Assembly (NCBI GenBank): GCA_964403505.1
Contig: CAYOFP010000004.1
Coordinates: forward strand, 33,978-97,977
Direction of reading: 5' to 3'
Length of the DNA stretch: 64,000 nucleotides
Source: an uncultured Lachnospiraceae bacterium
GTDB lineage: Bacteria; Bacillota; Clostridia; Oscillospirales; CAG-272
Below are positions 29,776 to 37,610 of the stretch, piece by piece (position 1 is the first letter of the stretch; every line of letters starts with the position of its first letter). A program made the translations under genes and the position numbers. The notes beneath the pieces are model-generated. The model searched no databases and was not told the origin of the DNA. It saw nothing but the letters and a program-made list of their open reading frames with translations.

Positions 29776-32091
29776 TCATTCCTCTATTCCGACGTTTTTC
29801 AGTGCTTCCGCCTGTAATGTATACAGTTTATAATATACGCCCTTCTCACGGATCAGCTTATCGTGTGTGCCCGACTCGCATATCTTACCGTTTTCTATCA
29901 CGATAAGAGCATCCGAGCCTCGCAGGGTGGATAAACGATGCGCTATGGTTATTGTCGTCCTGCCCTTTGAGAGCTCATCAAGCGCCGTCTGGATCTTCAT
30001 TTCCGTTTCGGTATCCATCGCCGAGGTCGCCTCGTCGAGGATGAGTATCTTCGGGTCACGCAATATCGCACGGGCGATCGAGACCCTCTGCTTTTCTCCG
30101 CCCGAAAGGTCCTTATAACCGAACCCGATTTTGGTATCATATCCGTCATCGAGCTTTATGATAAAATCGTGCGCTCCTGCCGCCCTCGATGCGGCGATGA
30201 CCTCGTCGTACGTGGCTTCCGGCTTCGCATAACGGATATTGTCGAGGATACTGCCGTAGAAAAGATATGTCTCCTGTGAAACTATGGCGATATTTTTCCG
30301 CAGATCGGCAAAGGCAAGCTCCTTTACGTCCACGCCGTCGATTCTGACGCTGCCGTCCTCGGCATCATACAGACGCAAAATGAGATTTGCGATCGTACTT
30401 TTCCCCGCTCCCGTATGGCCGACGATACCGAGATGCCCGCCCGAGCCGACATCAAAGCTCATATGATCTATAACGGTTCTGTTTTTTATATAAGAAAAGC
30501 TGACATTGTCAAAGGTGACACGCCCCTCGCACTTTTCGAGGTGTACGGGCGAATCGCTCTCGCATACATCGGGAACGGAATCGATGATCTCCGACATACG
30601 CTGTGCGGAGTTAAGGCTGTTTGTCAAATGAAAAGAAAGATTGATCAGATGAGCGATCGGCGACGTCACCATGCCGACATATGCGATAAAGGTGACGAGC
30701 GTTCCGTATGTCATGCCGCCGCTGTGAGTGACTGTCATCCATCCGCCCACGCCCCATACGATATAGACGCTGAGCGCCATGAGCAGATTAGGGACAGGAT
30801 AGCGTGTGATATTAAATGTCTCCGTTTCACGGTCTGCCGCCGTCTTTTCACGGCTTGCTCTGTCAAAGCGGTCTATTTCACGGTTTTCTTTCGCAAATGC
30901 CTTTACCACTCGCACACCCGATATCGAATCCGACAAAACGCCGTTCATTTTGCGGTTTTTCGTCCACATATGCATATGCAGAACCCGTGATCTTCTGAAA
31001 AGACGGGTAAAGATAACAGTTGCGGCAGGAACCGTTATGACCGAGGCGAGCGCAAGCGTGGGATTCATCACAAGCATTATGATGAATATCGCTATTATCT
31101 GTATGATATTTATAATAAAATACGGAAGTCCGTCGCAGAAAAACCAATAGATCGCATCGGCATCGTTATCGACCTGGCTCATAAGTCCGCCCGTCTGTCT
31201 TGCCGAGAAAAATCCGACCGACAACCGCTCAAACGAAGCAAAAATCGTCTTTCGCATATCACAGACGAGCTTCGCCGAGACACGTGCGGTTATAATGCCG
31301 TTTAAAATACTCACCGCAATCGAAAGAACACGGGTGCCGATGATCAAGGCGATAACGAGCAGCAGCCTGCCGTAATACTCTCCGCCGAGCGTCAGGACCT
31401 CATCATAATAAAAGCCCGAGGAAATGTACGGTGCGAAAACGCTCAGCGCACTGCTCACCGCAAGACACATAAGTATGAGCAGTACGCTCGTCTTATATTT
31501 CCTTGTGAAAAAGAGCGTCTTTTTGATAAGCTGAGACCTCTTCATACAGTAAGAGCATATTTTTCTCTGAACGTCGGCATATCTCCTGCCGCATTTCGGG
31601 CAGTATTTCTCCTCACGTTCATCGTCGGGAAGCTCACCGCCCTCCCCAAGCGCCGCAAAACACTTGCAGATATATAGGAGCGTATCTTTTGCAGTGAACG
31701 AGCCGTATGTGAGCAGGGTGTATTTATCATCTTTCTTTCCGACGAGGCGCACCGTCGAGACCAGCTCCTCAAGCACGAGAGAATCGAAATCGTTTATCTT
31801 ATAAAAAGATGATGAAACCTCGCAAAATTCACTTTTATTTCTGCCTGAGAGCGGTGCGCCGTCCGATGTGACGGTATTACTTCCGCCGATAAAGGCGATC
31901 GTATCGGAGGTGATAAAAATACAGTTATCGAGCAGTACGCCGTCTGCATCTCTGTCAGACATGGCGCAAAGCAACAGCTCATCTTCAAGAATACCATGCT
32001 TCTCAAGGCGTGAAAGCGCCCCCTGCGGTACTTTATCGACTACCTTCACATCATCACATCCTCTCTCACAAATCCGAACATATTGTACCAC
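29776..32091 (-). CDS. ABC exporter half-transporter (TMD-NBD) with an extra N-terminal cytoplasmic domain and zinc ribbon
   Basis: 771-aa ORF. Walker A GHTGAGKST, LSGGEKQR, ILILDEATS. The N-terminal ~190 aa end in CPKCGRRYADVQRKICSYC. The track start is GTG at 32091; an in-frame GTG at 32049 with AGAGGA upstream is an alternative. Confidence 0.9.
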   Translation of the reverse strand: MVQYVRICERGCDDVKVVDKVPQGALSRLEKHGILEDELLLCAMSDRDADGVLLDNCIFITSDTIAFIGGSNTVTSDGAPLSGRNKSEFCEVSSSFYKINDFDSLVLEELVSTVRLVGKKDDKYTLLTYGSFTAKDTLLYICKCFAALGEGGELPDDEREEKYCPKCGRRYADVQRKICSYCMKRSQLIKKTLFFTRKYKTSVLLILMCLAVSSALSVFAPYISSGFYYDEVLTLGGEYYGRLLLVIALIIGTRVLSIAVSILNGIITARVSAKLVCDMRKTIFASFERLSVGFFSARQTGGLMSQVDNDADAIYWFFCDGLPYFIINIIQIIAIFIIMLVMNPTLALASVITVPAATVIFTRLFRRSRVLHMHMWTKNRKMNGVLSDSISGVRVVKAFAKENREIDRFDRASREKTAADRETETFNITRYPVPNLLMALSVYIVWGVGGWMTVTHSGGMTYGTLVTFIAYVGMVTSPIAHLINLSFHLTNSLNSAQRMSEIIDSVPDVCESDSPVHLEKCEGRVTFDNVSFSYIKNRTVIDHMSFDVGSGGHLGIVGHTGAGKSTIANLILRLYDAEDGSVRIDGVDVKELAFADLRKNIAIVSQETYLFYGSILDNIRYAKPEATYDEVIAASRAAGAHDFIIKLDDGYDTKIGFGYKDLSGGEKQRVSIARAILRDPKILILDEATSAMDTETEMKIQTALDELSKGRTTITIAHRLSTLRGSDALIVIENGKICESGTHDKLIREKGVYYKLYTLQAEALKNVGIEE

Positions 32092-32220
32092 CGAAACAAT
32101 ATAAAGTCAATGAAAACAGAATTACTTATTTACAATTATAGATAAATATGATATAATTGCAAAGTATATATTTGGTAATTATTACATACTGCCAATAATT
32201 ACGATCATTTGGAGGCTATA

Positions 32221-32958
32221 ATGAAAGCTATAATAATGGCAGGCGGTAAGGGAACGAGAATACAGGATGCATCCTGCCCCATGCCGAAGGTGCTGAAAGA
32301 GGCAAACGGAAAACCGCTTCTTTCTTATGTACTTAACACTGTCAAAGATATGAAAAAAGATGATATCACGATCATCGTCGGATTTATGCGGGAAAGCGTC
32401 ATGGAGATGTTCCCTGATTACAACTATGCAATCCAGGCGGAGCAACTCGGAACCGGGCATGCGGTTATGTGCGCCATAAAGGACGCAAAGCTCGAGGAAT
32501 ATGACGGAGACGTCATCATCTTAAGCGGTGATGTGCCGCTCATCTCACAAAAAACCATAGAAAATATGAAAAAAATGCACGAGGAAGGCAAAAACGCCTG
32601 CACCATGCTCACCTGTATCAGCGAGGATGATCCCTCGCTCGGAAGAATCATCCGTGAGAACGGAAAGGTGGTCGGCATCGTCGAGGCAAAGGACTGTACG
32701 CCCGAACAGCTCAAAATAAATGAGAAAAACGCCGCCCTCTACCTCTTTGACTGCCGCAGTCTGTGCGATGCGATAAAGCAGATAAAGAATAATAACAAGC
32801 AGGGTGAATATTACCTCACCGATGTGCCGAAAATACTGATTGATTCCGGCAAAAGGGTCGAGGCTTACGTCACTGATGATCTGCGTGAGCTCATGGGCGT
32901 AAATACCCCGGAGAACCTCGCACAGGTAGAAAAAGTATTGAGAGAAATGGAGTTATAA
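32221..32958 (+). CDS. sugar-phosphate nucleotidyltransferase (GlmU N-terminal-domain-like, no acetyltransferase domain)
   Basis: MKAIIMAGGKGTRI, LGTGHAV and ILSGDVPLI motifs. The ATG at 32221 is preceded by GGAGG (32211-32215). Confidence 0.8.
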   Translation: MKAIIMAGGKGTRIQDASCPMPKVLKEANGKPLLSYVLNTVKDMKKDDITIIVGFMRESVMEMFPDYNYAIQAEQLGTGHAVMCAIKDAKLEEYDGDVIILSGDVPLISQKTIENMKKMHEEGKNACTMLTCISEDDPSLGRIIRENGKVVGIVEAKDCTPEQLKINEKNAALYLFDCRSLCDAIKQIKNNNKQGEYYLTDVPKILIDSGKRVEAYVTDDLRELMGVNTPENLAQVEKVLREMEL

Positions 32959-33413
32959 TGAGTAAGAATGATATGATCGCATTCGGCACGCAGTTTCGTG
33001 GCTATAACAAGTCGGACGTAAACGCATATATCGAAAAAAAGAGCAGAGATTATTCCGAAGAACTCGACAAATGCGAAAAATCCCTGAAGGAAGCAAACGA
33101 CAAACTCGAAAAGCAGAATGCCGAGCTTGCACGTATGTGCTCTACCCTCTCGGAAAGCGATAAGATCATCGTCTCTCAGAAGAGCGAGATCGATGCGCTC
33201 AAAAAGGAGAATGCCGAGCTTGCCGAGGCGTTTACAAAAATGCGTGCCGAGCTCGACGACATCGAGAGCCTCGTACACAATAAAGCATCGGCACGTACCG
33301 CTCCTGCCGATCACAGACCCGAACAGAAAAAGCAGGAAATGAATGACGATGAATTCACCCTCTCGGTGGCGATCAAAACCATTAAAAATAAACTCGCAAA
33401 ATTCTTAAAATGA
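32958..33413 (+). CDS. DivIVA-domain coiled-coil protein
   Basis: N-terminal FGTQFRGYNKSDVNAYIEK (DivIVA signature) followed by a long coiled coil. TAATG overlap with the upstream gene. Confidence 0.6.
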   Translation: MSKNDMIAFGTQFRGYNKSDVNAYIEKKSRDYSEELDKCEKSLKEANDKLEKQNAELARMCSTLSESDKIIVSQKSEIDALKKENAELAEAFTKMRAELDDIESLVHNKASARTAPADHRPEQKKQEMNDDEFTLSVAIKTIKNKLAKFLK

Positions 33414-33934
33414 AAAGCTATAATACTAAGGATATCAGAACCCTCGCAAGCGAGGTAAGTGCAGGAGAGAGCATACTGCTCTCGGGCACGGTATACACCG
33501 CACGTGATGCGGCACACAAAAGAATCATGGCGCTGATCGATGAGGGAAGACCGCTTCCCTTTGAGCTAAAGGACGCAGTCATCTACTTTGCCGGCCCGAC
33601 GCCCGAGCGCCCGGGACAGGTCATAGGCTCGTGCGGACCCACCACATCGTCGAGGATGGATCCGTATACGCCCCGCCTCACCGATATGGGACTCGGCGCA
33701 ACCATCGGAAAGGGAGAGCGCAGTCAGGATGTCATAGACGCCATCGTGCGTAACCGCAGCGTGTATTTATGCGCCATCGGCGGCGCAGGCGCACTCGCCT
33801 CCAAATGCATTACCTCCCTCGAGGTGATAGCATTCGAGGATTTAGGATGCGAATCGGTCAAAAAACTGACATTTGACAATTTTCCTCTTATTGTTGCGAT
33901 AGACAGCAAGGGAAACAGTATATTTAATAAATAA
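33410..33934 (+). CDS. Fe-S hydro-lyase beta subunit (class I fumarase / tartrate dehydratase C-terminal domain)
   Basis: 174-aa ORF with GTVYTARDAAHKR, GPTTSSRMD and IGKGERS. No alpha-subunit gene is adjacent. Confidence 0.8.
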   Translation: MKSYNTKDIRTLASEVSAGESILLSGTVYTARDAAHKRIMALIDEGRPLPFELKDAVIYFAGPTPERPGQVIGSCGPTTSSRMDPYTPRLTDMGLGATIGKGERSQDVIDAIVRNRSVYLCAIGGAGALASKCITSLEVIAFEDLGCESVKKLTFDNFPLIVAIDSKGNSIFNK

Positions 33935-33965
33935 AAAACTTCGTAGTTTTTTACGAAGTTTTTTG
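33934..33965 (+). terminator. intrinsic terminator
   Basis: AAAAAACTTCGTAgttttTACGAAGTTTTTT directly after the stop at 33934. Confidence 0.8.
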
Positions 33966-34046
33966 CTTTATTTTTCCATAATGCATTGTGAATATAAAGC
34001 GCCGGACATACGCATAATAAAAACACCGACATGGAGGTGATTTTAT

Positions 34047-34229
34047 ATGGGTAAGTGTAACAACGGAAATTGCGGATGCAACCAGTGCATCGAGTGCGAA
34101 GTCACCGAATGTATGCATCATGCCAAGGGCGAGAACTACTGTTCTCTCGATAAAATCAAAGTAGGTACGCATGAGGCTAATCCTACCGAAAGCAAATGCA
34201 CCGACTGTCTGTCATTTGAACGCGGCTAA
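34047..34229 (+). CDS. DUF1540-like cysteine-rich small protein
   Basis: 60-aa ORF with 10 Cys and CIECEVTECMHHAKGENYCSLDKIKVG, which matches the DUF1540 pattern as I remember it. GGAGGTG RBS. Confidence 0.6.
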   Translation: MGKCNNGNCGCNQCIECEVTECMHHAKGENYCSLDKIKVGTHEANPTESKCTDCLSFERG

Positions 34230-34250
34230 AGCCGGCACATTTGTTCTCGA

Positions 34251-34281
34251 ATTACCCGAGGGTCCGCCCTCGGGTAATTTT
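34251..34281 (+). terminator. intrinsic terminator
   Basis: ATTACCCGAGGGtccgCCCTCGGGTAATTTT. Confidence 0.8.
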
Positions 34282-34416
34282 GCGTTTTATTATACATAGC
34301 ACAACCTTCGGTTGGATTTTCAGATTAAAAAGTATCATTTTGGTATGTTGAAAACAATATGCGGCCGTGTTAAAATTATCATAGTGATCACGAAAAACTT
34401 TTTAAGGAGAAAAAAT

Positions 34417-35502
34417 ATGAGTATCGGAACAAATATATACACCCTTCGCAAGCAGAAGAAGATCACCCAACTGCAGCTCGCTGAGAAGCTCGGCGTATCC
34501 GAGCAGGCCGTTTCCAAATGGGAAAACGATCAATGCGCTCCTGACATAAGTCTGATTCCTGTCATCGCAAATTATTTCGGAGTCTCGATCGACCGTATTT
34601 TCGGTTATCATATGGTAAGCTACGACAAGGAAGTAAAAGAGATCGTGGATGCAGCCGATGACAGTCACGACACCTATAAAGAAATCGAAATTATCAGTGA
34701 AGGTTTGAAAAAATATCCAAACAGTCCTGATCTGAAAATATATCTTGCCTTTTCGCTGTCTATGGTAAACCGCATCTCAAAAGACGAGAATGAACGAAAA
34801 GAAGCCATAAAGAAAGCAATTCGGCTTTGCGAAGAAGTCATTGATTCCTGCGGAGATATCAAGCAAGCGGACAATGCGCTGAATATGTTAGTACGCATCT
34901 ATAACGAGACAGAAAACTACGACAAAGCAGAAAAATGTATCGCAAAAATCAGTGCAGATCGTTTTAATTCCCGTATCGTAGGAATGGTCCACCTATTAGA
35001 CATGAAAAAGTACTATACAGAGCAAGAACGGTATGCAGAAGAATCCCTGTGGAAGATGTACTGGACAATGAGCCATGTTTTTGAAGCTATGACGCACACC
35101 TTGAAAAATAACCGGGAATACGAGAAAGCACTTGCTTTCTTTGACGCCCATGAAAAATTGCTATCGGTTTTTGATGGCGGATGCGCCGATTTTTACGCAA
35201 CCGATAAAATATTCGCTTGCGAAAATAAAGCGCAGACTTATATGAAACTAGGCAACAAGGAAAAATGTCTTGAAACACTGAAGCGTTTTGCCTTGCTTGC
35301 GAAACAGGTAAAGGAAGTCGCAAAAAGCGCCAACTTCCACGTTGCAGTACGCAATCCAATTTATTTTTCAAATATTGAAGATGATGAAATTATGGAAGAA
35401 TATATGGATAACGTATGGCCGGAAAAAGCACTCTCAAAATACGATGAATTCTTCGGTGAGAACGAGGAATATCTGCAATTCAAAAATAGTATTATCTCTT
35501 GA
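34417..35502 (+). CDS. XRE-family HTH regulator with C-terminal TPR-like helical domain
   Basis: The ATG at 34417 follows AAGGAGA. The HTH is ITQLQLAEKLGVSEQAVSKWENDQCAPD, and ~290 aa of helical repeats follow. The track ORF start (34312) is an upstream extension. Confidence 0.8.
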   Translation: MSIGTNIYTLRKQKKITQLQLAEKLGVSEQAVSKWENDQCAPDISLIPVIANYFGVSIDRIFGYHMVSYDKEVKEIVDAADDSHDTYKEIEIISEGLKKYPNSPDLKIYLAFSLSMVNRISKDENERKEAIKKAIRLCEEVIDSCGDIKQADNALNMLVRIYNETENYDKAEKCIAKISADRFNSRIVGMVHLLDMKKYYTEQERYAEESLWKMYWTMSHVFEAMTHTLKNNREYEKALAFFDAHEKLLSVFDGGCADFYATDKIFACENKAQTYMKLGNKEKCLETLKRFALLAKQVKEVAKSANFHVAVRNPIYFSNIEDDEIMEEYMDNVWPEKALSKYDEFFGENEEYLQFKNSIIS

Positions 35503-35512
35503 AATAGAATAG

Positions 35513-35539
35513 CCGGGTAACCCCTTGAGGTTACCCGGT
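35513..35539. terminator. hairpin between convergent regulator genes (weak U-tract)
   Basis: CCGGGTAACCccttGaGGTTACCCGG. Confidence 0.5.
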
Positions 35540-35551
35540 TACCTTTGACTG

Positions 35552-36595
35552 TTACCTGACATATTCTGCGAGATCATATTCCCTCAGATATTTATAGAAC
35601 GGAGCCATGATCTCATCTTTGTGTTCCTCAAAATCGTTCCATGATGTCGAAACGATGTGATACGCCTTATCGATCATTTTCTCACATTCATCCAGCTGAC
35701 CGAGCCTTTTGTAGCAAGCCGCAATTCTTTGACAGAATATATAGTGGAAGGTTTGCATTCCCGGCCAGAGATATCGGGCTTCTCCCTCATTTTCCTGAAC
35801 CATGAAGAGCTCGATAACGGAAAGCCCCTTGTTATAACGCTCTATCGCCTTGGGCAGATAATCGGCAGGAGTGTAGTAACGGAACGTTACATTCGGATAC
35901 TGATCCATACTGTACCAGGCGTCTCCCTCTTTCTGACACGCTATATACAATTCCTGCAAATGCTCACACCGATAGTTTTCGGCGGCATTCAGCCCGTCTT
36001 TGCCGGTCAAAGTGAACGCTGTCATTTTGCATTTTGTGGGGATATCGCAGAAATTCGGCAAGGCTTCGAAAAGTTCTTTCGCCTTATCATACTCACCCCT
36101 TTTCTGATAAGCCTGTGCCAGCCTCAGTTTAGTCCAGCATATCGTCATATAATCGGTGCATTCTGCGAAAAGTTGATTGGCGCTTTCAAGCATATCGCCA
36201 AAATAATCGTCACCGTCGATTTCGGGATCGAAACATGAGTAAACATTCACCAAACCGTAGAGCAGATCTTCATGATTTGGATAGATCTTAAGCGCATCTT
36301 TCATGGTTTGCGCGTACCGCTTCGGATCACTGTTAAAATATTTCGCTGCCTCTTCCTTTATCTTGTCGACCTTTTCCTGTATTTCGGCGACATTGTAATC
36401 GAACAGAGTGTCAAGCGACACACCGAAGTATCTTGCAATAGCGGGAACTGTCGCCATGTCGGGATAAGTCAGATTGCTCTCCCATTTGCTCACCGCCTGC
36501 GGAGAGACCGACAGCACAGCTGCAAGTGCTTCCTGCGTGATACCCTTTTTCTTGCGGAACTCACGAATCTTATTACCGAGATTGATATCAGTCAT
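35552..36595 (-). CDS. XRE-family HTH regulator with C-terminal TPR-like helical domain (paralogue of 34417-35502)
   Basis: True start is MTDINLGNKIREFRKKKGITQEALAAVLSVSPQAVSKWESNLTYPD (ATG 36593-36595), preceded by AGGAGG. The 505-aa track ORF reads through the promoter region and tRNA-Thr. Confidence 0.8.
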   Translation of the reverse strand: MTDINLGNKIREFRKKKGITQEALAAVLSVSPQAVSKWESNLTYPDMATVPAIARYFGVSLDTLFDYNVAEIQEKVDKIKEEAAKYFNSDPKRYAQTMKDALKIYPNHEDLLYGLVNVYSCFDPEIDGDDYFGDMLESANQLFAECTDYMTICWTKLRLAQAYQKRGEYDKAKELFEALPNFCDIPTKCKMTAFTLTGKDGLNAAENYRCEHLQELYIACQKEGDAWYSMDQYPNVTFRYYTPADYLPKAIERYNKGLSVIELFMVQENEGEARYLWPGMQTFHYIFCQRIAACYKRLGQLDECEKMIDKAYHIVSTSWNDFEEHKDEIMAPFYKYLREYDLAEYVR

Positions 36596-36763
36596 AAACG
36601 ACCTCCTGTTGTTTATTGTGATGCGCTTCACTGTATGTATTGTAACACGGAATGTCCGCTCATTCAACAACTTGATTTTAGAGAAAAAACAACCATCGGT
36701 TGAAAACGCAAAAACAACGGAAGACAAAAACCTATAAAAATAACACAACTTATATATAATCAA

Positions 36764-36852
36764 TGCTTTGCGAAACAAAGCTTCCGATTCTCTTATCTTT
36801 TCTCTCTTAGTTTTTCTCCGGAAAAAGTCGCTTGATTTTTTAGAGAAGAGTA
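36764..36852. repeat. family A repeat, degenerate/rearranged copy (A2)
   Basis: TGCTTTGcgaaaCAAAGCTTCCGATTCTCTTATCTTTTCTCTCTTAGTTTTTC matches the central hairpin plus polypyrimidine arm of A1/A3. A short inverted AGAGAAGAG follows. Confidence 0.6.
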
Positions 36853-36885
36853 CAAAAAAAAGCCGCTGATGCGGCTTTTTCTTTT
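36853..36885 (-). terminator. intrinsic terminator after tRNA-Thr
   Basis: AAAAAAAAGCCGCtgatGCGGCTTTTTCTTTTT; on the minus strand the hairpin is followed by U8. Confidence 0.8.
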
Positions 36886-36961
36886 TGGAGCTGATGGCGG
36901 GAGTCGAACCCGCGACCTCATCCTTACCAAGGATGTGCTCTACCAACTGAGCTACATCAGC
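36886..36961 (-). tRNA. tRNA-Thr (GGT)
   Basis: The reverse complement is GCTGATGTAGCTCAGTTGGTAGAGCACATCCTTGGTAAGGATGAGGTCGCGGGTTCGACTCCCGCCATCAGCTCCA, with anticodon loop TTGGTAA. Confidence 0.9.
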
Positions 36962-36977
36962 GCACTTCAATATTATA

Positions 36978-37241
36978 TCAAATACATTTGTCTTTGTCAA
37001 TAATATTGATCTGATTTTTGATATATTTTTCAATATCCGCCGGGCATCGGAGCTGATCGATATCTTCATCCGCTATCGCAGCGCCGAACTCTGCTTCGAG
37101 TGCAAGTACGGTATTCATGACGGCAAGCTCGCTCATGCCGAGCATACCGATAAGATCAGTATCATATTCTATCTTATCCGCCGGCACACCTGATTTTTCG
37201 GAAATCAGCGAGACGATGCGGTCATATATCGCACGATCCAT
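36978..37241 (-). CDS. acyl-carrier-protein-like (PP-binding) small protein
   Basis: DLIGMLGMSELAVMNTVLALEAEFG aligns by eye with the ACP DLGxDSLDxVELVMxLEEEFG motif, and the Ser is conserved. The ATG at 37239-37241 overlaps the upstream stop (TGATG). Confidence 0.6.
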   Translation of the reverse strand: MDRAIYDRIVSLISEKSGVPADKIEYDTDLIGMLGMSELAVMNTVLALEAEFGAAIADEDIDQLRCPADIEKYIKNQINIIDKDKCI

Positions 37242-37582
37242 CACTCAGCATCATTTGCGCTGTTATCTACGGTCACGTCCTCATCAGACTCATCCGCTCT
37301 GTCACGCAAATCCACCCAATTCTCGTCAAACTCGAAGTCATCGCCGTCCTCGCAAAATGCGTCCATAGCGGCGAGTATCCTCTGCTCTCTCTTAATTTCT
37401 TTGGAATTCTTATATACGAGATAAGCGCCTGCCATGCCGCCTGCCGCTGCAATTGCAAGGAATGTGTTAGCGAGAGATTTTTTCTTTCTCCACAGCGCAA
37501 AAAACAGCGCAACGAACGTCACCGACTGTGCGATCAGCGCAAGTCCGATATAAAACTTCGATTTTTTAAATGTTTCAAACAT
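37241..37582 (-). CDS. small membrane protein with two TM helices and a strongly acidic C-terminal tail
   Basis: 113-aa ORF with TM segments FYIGLALIAQSVTFVALFFAL and FLAIAAAGGMAGAYLVY and the tail DGDDFEFDENWVDLRDRADESDEDV. No family recognised. Confidence 0.5.
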   Translation of the reverse strand: MFETFKKSKFYIGLALIAQSVTFVALFFALWRKKKSLANTFLAIAAAGGMAGAYLVYKNSKEIKREQRILAAMDAFCEDGDDFEFDENWVDLRDRADESDEDVTVDNSANDAE

Positions 37583-37610
37583 AATATTTTCCTCCTTAAT
37601 TATAGGTTGT

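Noticed and set aside
25986-32091. Possible prophage or prophage remnant around the holin/amidase genes
   Set aside because: Only the two lysis genes look phage-like. The flanking genes are a membrane protein and an ABC exporter operon. No integrase, structural genes or att-like direct repeats are visible. It is retained only as an 'orphan cassette' finding.
33966-34046. Sporulation-sigma (sigE/sigK-like) promoter upstream of the DUF1540 gene
   Set aside because: CATACGCAT resembles a -10 element, but I could not find a -35 element at the correct spacing. The match is too weak to report.
35552-37069. A 505-aa ORF in the track covering 35552-37069
   Set aside because: Its N-terminal 158 codons read through the regulator's promoter region, a family A repeat, a terminator and the tRNA-Thr gene (36886-36961). 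The HTH domain begins at the internal ATG at 36595, which has a strong AGGAGG RBS, so only 35552-36595 is called.
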